DNA of 64,000 nt from Bacillota bacterium (lineage in GTDB: Bacteria; Bacillota; SHA-98; UBA4971). The translations under genes were made by a program, and so were the position numbers. Under the pieces are notes generated by a model. It saw nothing but the letters and a program-made list of their open reading frames with translations, made no database searches and was not told the DNA's origin. Where the stretch lies: assembly GCA_035593725.1 (NCBI GenBank), contig DAOSZN010000010.1, positions 2,308 to 66,307 of the forward strand. Direction: 5' to 3'. Shown here one piece after another: positions 48,012-57,581 of the stretch (within the stretch, counting starts at the first letter, position 1; the number at the start of each line of letters is the position of its first letter).

Positions 48012-48866
48012 ATGCATCCAGCCATTATTTGCGATGAGATAAGTCAGGATATTAGCCACGTCATGCATGCGTTGGAACTTACAAGTCTTGATGCGCTTGA
48101 GCTTCGGATGATCGGAGAACGCAACATACTCTACCTTTCTGACGGAGAATTAAAGAGTCTGAAGAAGCTATTGGACAAATCAGGCATTAAAGTCTGTGGG
48201 ATTGCATCCCCTATTTTTAAGGCTCCGCTTAGCGAAGAAGATAGGCCCGGCCAAGGAGAGAAGACTGAGGGTCTTGATCCTTTTAAGCTGTCTGTCAATA
48301 CGTTTGCCGGCCACTTAGAGCTTTTGGAGAAGGCGATTTCCATTGCGAAGCTCTTTGACACTAGGATAATAAGATGCTTCAGCTTTATGGGCGATAGCCC
48401 ATTTGACAATGTGGTAGATGTGATTGCAGAGCGTCTTTCGTGTGCGGCAAAAAGGGCTGAAGAAGAGGATATAGTCTTGTGTGTGGAAAATGAACCTTCC
48501 TGTTACGTTCAAACATCAGACCATCTTAAGGAGCTGCTGGACAGGGTTCAATCAAGAAATGTCGCTGCCCTATGGGATCCAGGTAATGCATATTGTGTTG
48601 GAGAGAAGAATCTCTTGCAAGGGTTTCACAAAATCAAGGATCGAGTCATGCATATTCATTTGAAAGACGTGCCTGAAACAGTTGGGGATTCCATTGTATT
48701 TACTGTTGTAGGAAATGGGATTCTTGATTATCCAAGGCAGATTAAAGAATGGCGCAAGGCCGAATACACGGGCTATTTGAGCCTTGAGCCCCATCTTGCT
48801 ATCGGCAGGGGGTCTGCTCCCGGGGCTATTGACTCCATTAGGAATCTGCAAGAAATGCTTAGGTAG
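48012..48866 (+). CDS. Sugar phosphate isomerase/epimerase (xylose isomerase-like TIM barrel)
   Basis: AP_endonuc_2/TIM barrel pattern, ~285 aa. Confidence 0.7.
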   Translation: MHPAIICDEISQDISHVMHALELTSLDALELRMIGERNILYLSDGELKSLKKLLDKSGIKVCGIASPIFKAPLSEEDRPGQGEKTEGLDPFKLSVNTFAGHLELLEKAISIAKLFDTRIIRCFSFMGDSPFDNVVDVIAERLSCAAKRAEEEDIVLCVENEPSCYVQTSDHLKELLDRVQSRNVAALWDPGNAYCVGEKNLLQGFHKIKDRVMHIHLKDVPETVGDSIVFTVVGNGILDYPRQIKEWRKAEYTGYLSLEPHLAIGRGSAPGAIDSIRNLQEMLR

Positions 48867-48892
48867 ATCCGGACTGGAAGGATGACTGGATT

Positions 48893-50119
48893 ATGGCAGA
48901 TAGTTTGATAGATGAAAACGGGTTCTGTCTGGTAAACGGCAAGCTTGTGACTCCTCATAGGATTATTGACAAAGGCGGTATAGAGATCAGGGGGCAGTCT
49001 ATATTCCGTGTATTCGATATGGCCAATTCAAATATTCCGGAGGGTGCAAAGGTTATTGACGTACATGGAGCAATAATCTCTCCGGGGTTTGTTGATATTC
49101 ACGTTCATGGCGGTGGAGGCTCAGAAACCATGGATGGCACTGTCGAGGCCTTTTGTACAATGTCACAGGTTCACGCCAGAGGAGGCGCGACCGCCATAGT
49201 GCCCAGCACCTTAACTGCTTCTACAGAGCAGCTCTATGCAGTGCTCCATGCGTTCGAGGAGGCTAAGAAAAAGGTTAATACGGGCGCGAGACTTCTGGGG
49301 CTTCACCTTGAAGGTCCGTATTTCTCCAGTGAGCAGTCGGGGGCACAGGATTTGCGATATCTGAAAAACCCGGATCCCGAGGAGTATCTGTCTATTCTCA
49401 ACTGTACAGAGAATATTCTACGGGTCTCAGCCGCTCCTGAGCTTCCCGGCGGATTAGAGTTGGGGCGCGAATTAAGAAGAAGAAATATCGTTGCATCAAT
49501 CGGGCATTCAAATGCAACATATGATCAGGTTATCAAAGCGGTTGAGGTAGGCTATACTCATGTAACTCATTTGTACTCTGGAATGTCCGGTGTAAAACGT
49601 GAAAATTGTTTTAGAATAGCGGGAGTTATTGAATCAGGTCTTCTCCTGGATGATCTGACAGTGGAAGCAATAGCGGACGGCAGGCATCTTCCTCCCAGTC
49701 TGTTGAAATTAATCTATAAGTGCAAAGGGCCTGATCGAATGGTCCTGTGTACTGACGCCATCAGAGCAGCCTCTATGCCTGACGGTGAATACTCTATGGG
49801 ACATAAAGACGGAGGTCGAAAAATAATAGTACACGATGGTGTGGCATGGCTTGCAGATAGATCGGCTTTTGCCGGAAGCATAGCTACAATGAATATGCTG
49901 GTTAAGAACATGGTTGAAATAGCAGGAGTGTCGCCGGCTAATGCCATAAAGATGGCTTCAACAATCCCCGCTCGTGTCATAGGACAGGATGATAGGATGG
50001 GCTGTCTTGCAAAGGGCAAAGATGCTGATTTGGTGATTCTTGATAATGATTTTTCTGTGTTAATGACTGTAGTCCAAGGTAGGATTGTCTACAGCAAGTC
50101 CCAGATAACGGTATGTTGA
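48893..50119 (+). CDS. nagA: N-acetylglucosamine-6-phosphate deacetylase
   Basis: PGFVDIHVHGGGG signature, amidohydrolase fold, EGPY, HxxN pattern. Confidence 0.85.
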   Translation: MADSLIDENGFCLVNGKLVTPHRIIDKGGIEIRGQSIFRVFDMANSNIPEGAKVIDVHGAIISPGFVDIHVHGGGGSETMDGTVEAFCTMSQVHARGGATAIVPSTLTASTEQLYAVLHAFEEAKKKVNTGARLLGLHLEGPYFSSEQSGAQDLRYLKNPDPEEYLSILNCTENILRVSAAPELPGGLELGRELRRRNIVASIGHSNATYDQVIKAVEVGYTHVTHLYSGMSGVKRENCFRIAGVIESGLLLDDLTVEAIADGRHLPPSLLKLIYKCKGPDRMVLCTDAIRAASMPDGEYSMGHKDGGRKIIVHDGVAWLADRSAFAGSIATMNMLVKNMVEIAGVSPANAIKMASTIPARVIGQDDRMGCLAKGKDADLVILDNDFSVLMTVVQGRIVYSKSQITVC

Positions 50120-50229
50120 AGCATCAGGCAAATCAATAATGGACTTACGCGCTGGATATCTTAGCCTGTCCATGCTACATCGATCCAGGCAGTTTTGACT
50201 CCCGTATAGTCAAGAAGGAAGGGACGTAG

Positions 50230-51048
50230 ATGAGTTGTTACAGAAAATCAGAATATCAAAAGCCTATACATATTGCTGAAATTGATAATCTGGTAGTGGA
50301 ATTGTACAGGACACGAGAAGATATGGGGAGGGCGGCAGGTAAGGCTGTTGCCGGAAAAATGCGGGAACTTCTTTCCCAAAAAGAGTTAATCTCCATGGTA
50401 TTTGCGGCAGCGCCTTCACAGAATGAATTTCTGAATACTCTAGTCAGGGAGGAGCGAATTGACTGGAGTCGTGTAATAGCATTTCACCTGGATGAGTATA
50501 TTGGTCTTCCTAAAGATGCGTCGCAGCGTTTTTCCATGTGGCTTGATGAACATATCTATAACATTGCGAAGCCTGGAACGATTTACTATATTGGCGAAGG
50601 AGAGGGATCTCCTGAGGAGAAATGCCTGCGATATTCGGAGCTGCTGAAAGACTGCCATTTAGATATTGCCTGTATTGGAATAGGTGAGAACGGCCACATC
50701 GCTTTCAATGATCCGCCTGTTGCGGATTTCAATGATCCATATTTAGTAAAGATTGTGGAGCTCGATGAGACATGCCGAATGCAGCAAGTTCACGACGGTT
50801 GTTTTCCTTCGCTGTCTGATGTGCCTACTCAAGCAGCTACTATGACAATTCCGGCTATTATGTCAGCTGCATGGATGTACTGTATAGTGCCCGGTTCTTC
50901 CAAAGGGCAAGCGGTTAAGGATACTGTTGAGGGAGAGATAAGCACAAAGTGTCCTGCGTCAATTCTGAGGACTCATGATCATGCCAGGCTGTTTCTCGAC
51001 CCGGATTCAGCGGCCGGGCTTTCCTTTTTTGCAAAGAAAAGCAGATAG
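50230..51048 (+). CDS. nagB: Glucosamine-6-phosphate deaminase/isomerase family (NagB/6-phosphogluconolactonase fold)
   Basis: MVFAAAPSQ..., FHLDEY(I)G, IGENGHIAFNDP motif. Confidence 0.75.
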   Translation: MSCYRKSEYQKPIHIAEIDNLVVELYRTREDMGRAAGKAVAGKMRELLSQKELISMVFAAAPSQNEFLNTLVREERIDWSRVIAFHLDEYIGLPKDASQRFSMWLDEHIYNIAKPGTIYYIGEGEGSPEEKCLRYSELLKDCHLDIACIGIGENGHIAFNDPPVADFNDPYLVKIVELDETCRMQQVHDGCFPSLSDVPTQAATMTIPAIMSAAWMYCIVPGSSKGQAVKDTVEGEISTKCPASILRTHDHARLFLDPDSAAGLSFFAKKSR

Positions 51049-51058
51049 GTGATGTGAA

Positions 51059-52129
51059 ATGGAAGATACTGTCGGATTCGGGATAATTGGGTGTGGGGCT
51101 ATCGGTGGAGCCCATGCTGCTTCAATAGTAAACGCCTGTGGATCAAGGCTTGTGGCCGTAGCGGATGTTTCAGAGAAAAGGGCTGAAAGTCTTGGCGATC
51201 AGTATAGAGTCCCCTTTTATACTGACTACAGGCATCTTCTTGATCGGGAGGATATTGACGTCGTTAACATATGTCTTCCCAGTGGGCTCCATATGGATGC
51301 ATGTGTGGATGCAGCCGGCGCCGGGAAGCACATCTTGTGTGAAAAGCCTCTTGAAGTTACTCTTGAAAAAACTGACGCGATAATAGAGGCTGTCAAGGAA
51401 AATTGTGTGAAGCTCGGTGTAGTGTTTCAGAGGCGTTTTACCCATGATGCCTTACTAATTAGGAAAGCGATCTCCAGCGGCAAATTAGGCAGACTCATAT
51501 CGGGTAGCGCATATCTGAAGTACTATAGGGATCAGGCCTACTATGGTTCCGGTTCGTGGAGAGGAACCTGGAAACTGGATGGTGGAGGATGTCTGATGAA
51601 TCAGGGCATCCATGGTATTGATCTTCTGCAGTGGTATATGGGACCTGTGACAAGTGTCTATGCTCTTACTGATACTGTTGCTCATGAGAATATTGAAGTG
51701 GAAGACATAGCCGTGGCGATTCTGAAATTTGCCAACGGTGCAATCGGGATTATTGAAGGCTCTACATCATACTATCCAGGGCTGCCGACAAGGCTTGAAA
51801 TATGCGGCACAAATGGAACAGTAGCTTTGCGTGAAGAAGAAGTGGTGGGATGGGATTTTATCAATCCGACGCGTGAAGATATCGTCCTTTCTAAGGCCGG
51901 CGCAAAAAGACTCGGAGTTCTGGAAGATGTTGACCGTGCTGATCCCATGACAGCAGTGGGAGACAGCCACATTCCTGTTATCGAGGATATGGTCCGGGCA
52001 ATATTGGACAAAAGAGACCCTGCTGTAACTGGAGAAGAAGCGCGAAAGGCAGTCGAAATAATCCTGGCTATATATGCATCCTCTGAGCTTGGCCAAGAAG
52101 TAGAACTTCCTCTCGGAAGCTGTCAGTAA
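51059..52129 (+). CDS. Gfo/Idh/MocA-family oxidoreductase
   Basis: GIIGCGAIG NAD-binding motif, CEKP, VFQRRF. Confidence 0.8.
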   Translation: MEDTVGFGIIGCGAIGGAHAASIVNACGSRLVAVADVSEKRAESLGDQYRVPFYTDYRHLLDREDIDVVNICLPSGLHMDACVDAAGAGKHILCEKPLEVTLEKTDAIIEAVKENCVKLGVVFQRRFTHDALLIRKAISSGKLGRLISGSAYLKYYRDQAYYGSGSWRGTWKLDGGGCLMNQGIHGIDLLQWYMGPVTSVYALTDTVAHENIEVEDIAVAILKFANGAIGIIEGSTSYYPGLPTRLEICGTNGTVALREEEVVGWDFINPTREDIVLSKAGAKRLGVLEDVDRADPMTAVGDSHIPVIEDMVRAILDKRDPAVTGEEARKAVEIILAIYASSELGQEVELPLGSCQ

Positions 52130-52149
52130 CGCATCCTAAGTTACGAGAC

Positions 52150-54297
52150 TTAGATGGGCGTGGAATGCAGGTACCCTGACTCCGCTGCATGGCGATTCAT
52201 ATCCTGAATGAGCCGGATGGCGTCGCGCATTGACGCAGTCACTTGCCTGGCAGCGAAGTATACTTTAGCTTGCGTATCATCTTCTGTTCGTCCTGCACGG
52301 CCTGCCATCTGAATAAGAGTCGCAGTATCGAAGATCCGTTCATAGTCTGCATAAAGCACCAGGACATCAGCGTCGGGAACAGTGATGCCTCGTTCGAGTA
52401 CGCTGGTTGAGACAATAATGTCGATTGGGCCTGTCCTGAAGGCTTCTCTGTGCAGTTCCCGGTTGGGGTGGGCAGCGTGAATTGAAGCTATCCTTGGTGT
52501 CCTTGGCTGTGATGAGTCTCTTAAGGTCGTCCTACGCGAATCAGCAGGCGAATATCCGGAAACATGCAGTGAAGCAGATATTTCCGCCGAGACCAGGCGT
52601 GACAGTTCAACTGTAGGGACGAATACAAACATTTTCCTGCTTGCAGCTAATGAACGTTCTATAATGGCTAATACCTTATCCGGCAGAAGAAGCCCGCAAC
52701 CTGCAATCCTTCCGGTCCCCCCATAGACCTGACCGGATTTGTCATGACCCTGGGGAGCCTCGCTTGCCGAGGTGTTTCTGTCAAGGATTCCCCGAAAAGA
52801 GCTTCCTCGGCACACTTCATCCGGCAGAGGCAGACGGGTCTGAATGATTTCGGGTTCAGGTAGCGGGCGGCCATGATGGCGCGCTGGGATCCTTACCAGG
52901 GCTATTTCTTTCCGGTCGGCCTTTCGCAGCAACTCCCGGCCCGGGGTTGCAGTCATGAATACGGTGTTGCCCCAGGGGGCAGTTGCCCGCCTGACTGCGT
53001 AATTAAGAATCGCGCTCCCGCGATAAGGGAATGCGTCGACTTCATCTAAGACGACAAGGTCGAAAGCCTGAAAAAACCTAATGGTTTGGTGGGTCGTAGC
53101 CACAACGATATCCGCGTCCCGGTAGCGTGATTTCGCTTGGCCGCGAAGCTCTAAGATACTGGCATCAGGTATGGCGGAGGCGATACGCGGGACTATTTCA
53201 GCCACGACATCGCTTCTTGGGATTGCCAACAAAACCTTGCCACCATGTCTAAGAACTTGTGCTATCGTCTGGAAGACTACTTCTGTTTTTCCTGCGCCGC
53301 ACACCGCGAAGACGAGGCATTCACTGCATGTAGGGTTCTCCAGGAAATCTGTGACAAGTTGTGATGCATGTTGTTGTGCCTTAGTCAGCTCAAAGGGGAG
53401 TCTTACCTCGAAGTCTTTTTTGGAAGACGCGTTCGGAGGCTCAGTTGGCTCTTGAACGGTAAGCGGGTTTCGGAAAGCAGTCCTTGCTTTTCCGATGGCT
53501 TTATTCAGGGCAGCAGCAGCATCTATGTTGCTGATTTCATTTTTGAAAGCAGGATCGTCGTCGCCGGGAAGCTTATTCTGAGAGACAATTACATCTTGAC
53601 CGGGAATTACATTTCGGAGAGAAGCTGTATTCCTAGGTGAATAGAACAGAGGGCGACAAGCCCTCGCTTGTCCCATTGATGCGCACTTAGGACAGTATAA
53701 GCATTTCTCACTTGAGCACGCGCTACATGGGGCTTGGACTACGTCCCTGTTGCCACATCGCCTGCAGGATGCAATCCCAAACCTATCAACTGCAACTGAC
53801 GGGACACGTCCGATAGCGCCTTTTAAGATTAGCGTCTGAAGTATGTCATAGAGATTCCCGGTTAGATGGAGGCCACGTTCTAAGAGGGCTTGTGTGATTT
53901 CACGATCAAAAAGGATGCGGCCCTGCAATACATCTGCCAATATGTCCAGATCTTCCTCTGCCGGTAAAATCACATCACGACAATCGTGACAAGTAGCGAT
54001 ATTAAAGCATGCGGCAACACGTTTGAAACCCGGTGTCCTGGTCAAGGATCCCAAGAATCGGGCAAACCTGCCTTGTCTGTCGCGATAAGTCTGACGCCTG
54101 AGCTTATGGCGGTCAGCCTCGTGCACAGCCCAAGCCAAAGGCAGGGGCCCTGCAATTATGGCCAGGTGGGTGTATCCTAAGGCTGAAAGCACTTTGAGGT
54201 CTAGCAAGGGATAGTGGGAAACCCCTGTGACCTTTCGGTGGCCTGATGTGTCCTGTACATCAAACACGTCATATACGAAATAAAGCTTTTCTATCAT
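52150..54297 (-). CDS. comFA: ComFA-like DEAD/DEAH-box helicase (competence DNA uptake ATPase) with extended N-terminus
   Basis: Walker A AVCGAGKTE, DEVDAF Walker B, MTATP, helicase C QMAGRAGR; 4-Cys zinc finger upstream of helicase core; GGAGGG SD before ATG at 54297. Confidence 0.75.
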   Translation of the reverse strand: MIEKLYFVYDVFDVQDTSGHRKVTGVSHYPLLDLKVLSALGYTHLAIIAGPLPLAWAVHEADRHKLRRQTYRDRQGRFARFLGSLTRTPGFKRVAACFNIATCHDCRDVILPAEEDLDILADVLQGRILFDREITQALLERGLHLTGNLYDILQTLILKGAIGRVPSVAVDRFGIASCRRCGNRDVVQAPCSACSSEKCLYCPKCASMGQARACRPLFYSPRNTASLRNVIPGQDVIVSQNKLPGDDDPAFKNEISNIDAAAALNKAIGKARTAFRNPLTVQEPTEPPNASSKKDFEVRLPFELTKAQQHASQLVTDFLENPTCSECLVFAVCGAGKTEVVFQTIAQVLRHGGKVLLAIPRSDVVAEIVPRIASAIPDASILELRGQAKSRYRDADIVVATTHQTIRFFQAFDLVVLDEVDAFPYRGSAILNYAVRRATAPWGNTVFMTATPGRELLRKADRKEIALVRIPARHHGRPLPEPEIIQTRLPLPDEVCRGSSFRGILDRNTSASEAPQGHDKSGQVYGGTGRIAGCGLLLPDKVLAIIERSLAASRKMFVFVPTVELSRLVSAEISASLHVSGYSPADSRRTTLRDSSQPRTPRIASIHAAHPNRELHREAFRTGPIDIIVSTSVLERGITVPDADVLVLYADYERIFDTATLIQMAGRAGRTEDDTQAKVYFAARQVTASMRDAIRLIQDMNRHAAESGYLHSTPI

Positions 54298-54553
54298 GGC
54301 AATGTTCCCTCCATATATTACCATTCAACAGTGAGACCCGCTTGACCTTCAGGGAAGGCAAGAGACGGGGCAAAACCATTCTAAAAACCATTCCTTTGGG
54401 TGATTGGCTCAATTCCGAATTCCGGCTAGGATACGATCAGGGATTGGGATCGCGTGATTGGCAGATTGGGGTTAGGAGGGTGTAAATCGGAGCTGTCAGG
54501 GGGTGACGTAGAAACAGACAAAGGTAAAGGCAAAGAAAAAGGAGGGCAGGCGT

Positions 54554-55552
54554 GTGGGCAAGTATGCAGCAAATAAAGCGACTGAGCCCGGTCTGCCGGA
54601 GGATCCCATGTCCGTCCCGGCAAATATCGGACATGCTCTGGCGCTGCTTGGGAAGAAGGTGTTTGATTTCGTCTTTCCTGAAGAGGAAGGATGCGTGCTT
54701 TGCGGGAGAGTGACAGACTTAAGACATGCTGAGGAAATCTTTGCTGCATTGATTTGCCACGGCTGCCTAAGTAGGATCCCCTTTGTGCAAGCGCCTATCT
54801 GCCAGGTGTGCGGTCGTCCGCTGAGAGGACGTCGAGGTGATGTCGGTTTACCTGAACACTCGAAGGCGGGTGTAGACATATCTTTGACTCAAGATATGAC
54901 ACCCGACACCTCCCTGCGAATGTCTCAGCGCCAAGTGGAAGGCGTGCGGATAGACACGCCGGGAGCATCAGGCCCAACCGAGGTATCAGATAAGGTCGTT
55001 TGCAGGGATTGTGACATAGAAGGCAGGTTCTTTCTGAGGGCTCGGGCAGTCGGCACGTATGACGGAGCGCTCAAGGAGATTATTCGTGAGTTCAAGTTCT
55101 ACGGAAGACGTGATCTGGCTGAAGGGCTGGGTGTCCTTATGGCGAGAGAGGCATATCGGGAGAAGTCTATGAGGACCTGTGACATCATCGTCCCGGTCCC
55201 TTTACATCCTCTTCGACTGGCTGAACGAGGCTATAATCAAGCTGAGCTTCTCGCGAAGGAAGTGGGTGCCTGTCTTGGTATCCGGGTTCAAGACAGTGTG
55301 GAGAGAACAGTCGGACCGGGTGAACAGAATAAGGTAGGGAGGCAGCTTCGCAGGGAGCTTGTCCGAGGAGCGTTTTATGTGCCGTATCCGGCAAAGGTCG
55401 CCGGAAAACGCGTGCTCTTGGTGGACGACGTGATTACTACAGGGAATACGGCAAACGAGAGTGCGCGTATCCTTCTTCGTGCCGGCGCAGCTGAGGTTTA
55501 TGTGATCACAGCTGCCATCTCTCCTTTCGAACAGGAATGGCGTATGCATTAG
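54554..55552 (+). CDS. comFC: ComF-family protein (ComFC-like double zinc ribbon + phosphoribosyltransferase)
   Basis: CVLCG...CHGC...CQVCG zinc ribbons, PRTase motif VLLVDDVITTGNT; GTG start with AAAAAGGAGGG SD. Confidence 0.75.
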   Translation: MGKYAANKATEPGLPEDPMSVPANIGHALALLGKKVFDFVFPEEEGCVLCGRVTDLRHAEEIFAALICHGCLSRIPFVQAPICQVCGRPLRGRRGDVGLPEHSKAGVDISLTQDMTPDTSLRMSQRQVEGVRIDTPGASGPTEVSDKVVCRDCDIEGRFFLRARAVGTYDGALKEIIREFKFYGRRDLAEGLGVLMAREAYREKSMRTCDIIVPVPLHPLRLAERGYNQAELLAKEVGACLGIRVQDSVERTVGPGEQNKVGRQLRRELVRGAFYVPYPAKVAGKRVLLVDDVITTGNTANESARILLRAGAAEVYVITAAISPFEQEWRMH

Positions 55553-55646
55553 GCGAGATCAAGGCAGACGCAGGCATCCTCCGGAGAAAACAGCGAATCA
55601 GGCGGCGCAAAAGGAAGCAAGCGTCAAGTATTGGCGCTCAAAAAGA

Positions 55647-56051
55647 CTACTCTTGGGCTATTATGTCTTTGAATTCGTAGGTAAACTCCACCAGTCTCGG
55701 CGCCATGTAGATAGGACATACGCATCTGACTGCAAGCGCTATGGCGTCGCTGGGCCTCGAATCAACCACTGTTACCTTGCCGTCATGTTGAATATGGACT
55801 TCTGCGTAATAGACTCCTTCTTTGATTCCGGTAATAACAATTTGCTGGACCACTCCGCCCATAGCATCACAAAGCGATTTTAAGAGATCATGAGTCAAGG
55901 GGCGAGGAGGCATATCTCCGGAAAGCGGAATAGCTATGGCTTGTGCCTCAAATGGACCAATTGCTATCGGAAGAACAAACTTGTTCTCCAGATCAGCCAG
56001 GAGGACTGAGAACTCATTGTCGGGGCCTGCTGCAATACCCAGCACCTTCAT
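55647..56051 (-). CDS. Bifunctional nuclease (DUF151/BFN domain) protein
   Basis: MKVLGIA...PIAIGPFEAQAI...RPSDAIALA pattern of the BFN family. Confidence 0.7.
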   Translation of the reverse strand: MKVLGIAAGPDNEFSVLLADLENKFVLPIAIGPFEAQAIAIPLSGDMPPRPLTHDLLKSLCDAMGGVVQQIVITGIKEGVYYAEVHIQHDGKVTVVDSRPSDAIALAVRCVCPIYMAPRLVEFTYEFKDIIAQE

Positions 56052-56495
56052 GGTTAGCAGGATAATCACCCTCTTTCATCTTGGCATTCCGGATCTCACT
56101 TGTCATTGTATCACACCTTGGAGGAAGAGGTCTTCGTTCGCCTGAGTCAAGTTCTTGACCGGATCTTTTTTCTTCAAAACGGTTAGATTGATCGTTCCCT
56201 TTTTGTCGTCGATTTCATCCTATGAGTCTTATCCCGTAAGTTGCAAAGACATTCCATCGGCCAGGCAAGGACAGGTGCTCAGGAGCCGTTGCGTACGATA
56301 GAACCTGCGGTTGCAAAACTAAAGGAAATCTTTTCTTTTCGCAAGTCCGCAAGTCAATCACAAACCTCTATAAAGCTTATTCTTGAACTTTAGATGATTT
56401 CCTTTTGAAAGACAGAGAGCAAAGAAAACAGTCGAAGGGGCTGTTTATTGCCGTACGCAAAAATTACTTGAGCAACTATTCGAAGAAGTTACGTG

Positions 56496-56524
56496 TTGAT
56501 TTGCATGAGGAGGCTTGGTATAAT
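56496..56524 (+). promoter_or_regulatory. SigA-type promoter TTGATT-N17-TATAAT
   Basis: Perfect -10 and 17-nt spacer immediately upstream of the LacI-family gene. Confidence 0.5.
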
Positions 56525-56529
56525 GAATC

Positions 56530-56543
56530 TGTAAACGTTTACG
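56530..56543 (+). promoter_or_regulatory. Palindromic operator TGTAAACGTTTACG (cre/LacI-family-like)
   Basis: 12-bp perfect palindrome GTAAACGTTTAC just downstream of the -10, matches WTGNAANCGNWNNCW-type LacI/CcpA sites. Confidence 0.45.
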
Positions 56544-56551
56544 GTAGGAGG

Positions 56552-57559
56552 ATGAGCGTTATTCCCACGATTAAGGATGTCGCAAGGGAGGCCGGAGTTT
56601 CATATGCCACGGTTTCAAGGGCGCTGAATAATCATCCGGAAGTATCTGACGACACTAAGAAGCGGATTATAAAGATTGCTTTGGAGATGGGGTATCAACC
56701 CAATGCTATTGCCCAGGGCTTAGTGAAGAAAGAAACAAAGACTGTGGGTCTCATTATTCCTGATATCACAAACCCGTTCTTTCCCGAGGTGGCCAGGGGA
56801 ATAGAAGACGCGGCTGTTGAAGCCGGGTACACCATATTCCTTTGCAATACCAACTGGAACGCGGAACGAGAAGAACGGTATCTAAACGTCCTAATGCAGA
56901 AACAGGTAGATGGATTAATCATCGGTCCTAGCTCCGAAGAGATATCACACTTGGGGAAAATCCTTGACAGCAGGATTAAGACAGTCTTTATCAGTAGAGC
57001 AATCAATCATGCAAACAGCACCTGTATCATAATAGATAATGTCCTCGGCGCAGAGCAGGCGGTAGAGTATCTGATAGAACGTGGCCACCGAAAGATTGCT
57101 TTTATCGGTGGACGGGAAGACATATCAACTAACCGGGAACGATTGCAAGGCTATACTCAGGCTTTTCGAAATAATGGACTGGAACTCGATGAATCCCTTG
57201 TGAAAACCGGTAGTTTCAAGCGTGACAGCGGGTATTTTATTATGAATCAGCTTTTGAAGTCAGATACCTGCAACCGACCGACTGCTGTTTTTGCTGCAAA
57301 TGACCTATTAGCTCTCGGTGTTATCCAAGCCGTTAAGGAAAATGGGTTAAGTATTCCTCAAGATATTGCGGTTGTTGGTTTTGATGACATTGAGTTTGCT
57401 TCTTTGCCTGAGATTCAACTGACCACTGTGGCTCAACCCAAGTATGATATGGGGAAACTGGCGTTTACTACATTGATGGAGCTGATGAGGGGAGGGGGAT
57501 ACTCCAGCGGCAGAAAGATACTTTTAGATCCGGTCTTGGTTGTCAGAAAAACCGGTTGA
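56552..57559 (+). CDS. LacI-family transcriptional regulator
   Basis: N-terminal TIKDVAREAGVSYATVSRALN HTH, periplasmic-binding-fold effector domain. Confidence 0.85.
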   Translation: MSVIPTIKDVAREAGVSYATVSRALNNHPEVSDDTKKRIIKIALEMGYQPNAIAQGLVKKETKTVGLIIPDITNPFFPEVARGIEDAAVEAGYTIFLCNTNWNAEREERYLNVLMQKQVDGLIIGPSSEEISHLGKILDSRIKTVFISRAINHANSTCIIIDNVLGAEQAVEYLIERGHRKIAFIGGREDISTNRERLQGYTQAFRNNGLELDESLVKTGSFKRDSGYFIMNQLLKSDTCNRPTAVFAANDLLALGVIQAVKENGLSIPQDIAVVGFDDIEFASLPEIQLTTVAQPKYDMGKLAFTTLMELMRGGGYSSGRKILLDPVLVVRKTG

Positions 57560-57581
57560 AAGAGAAGAGGGGTGAGAAGCT

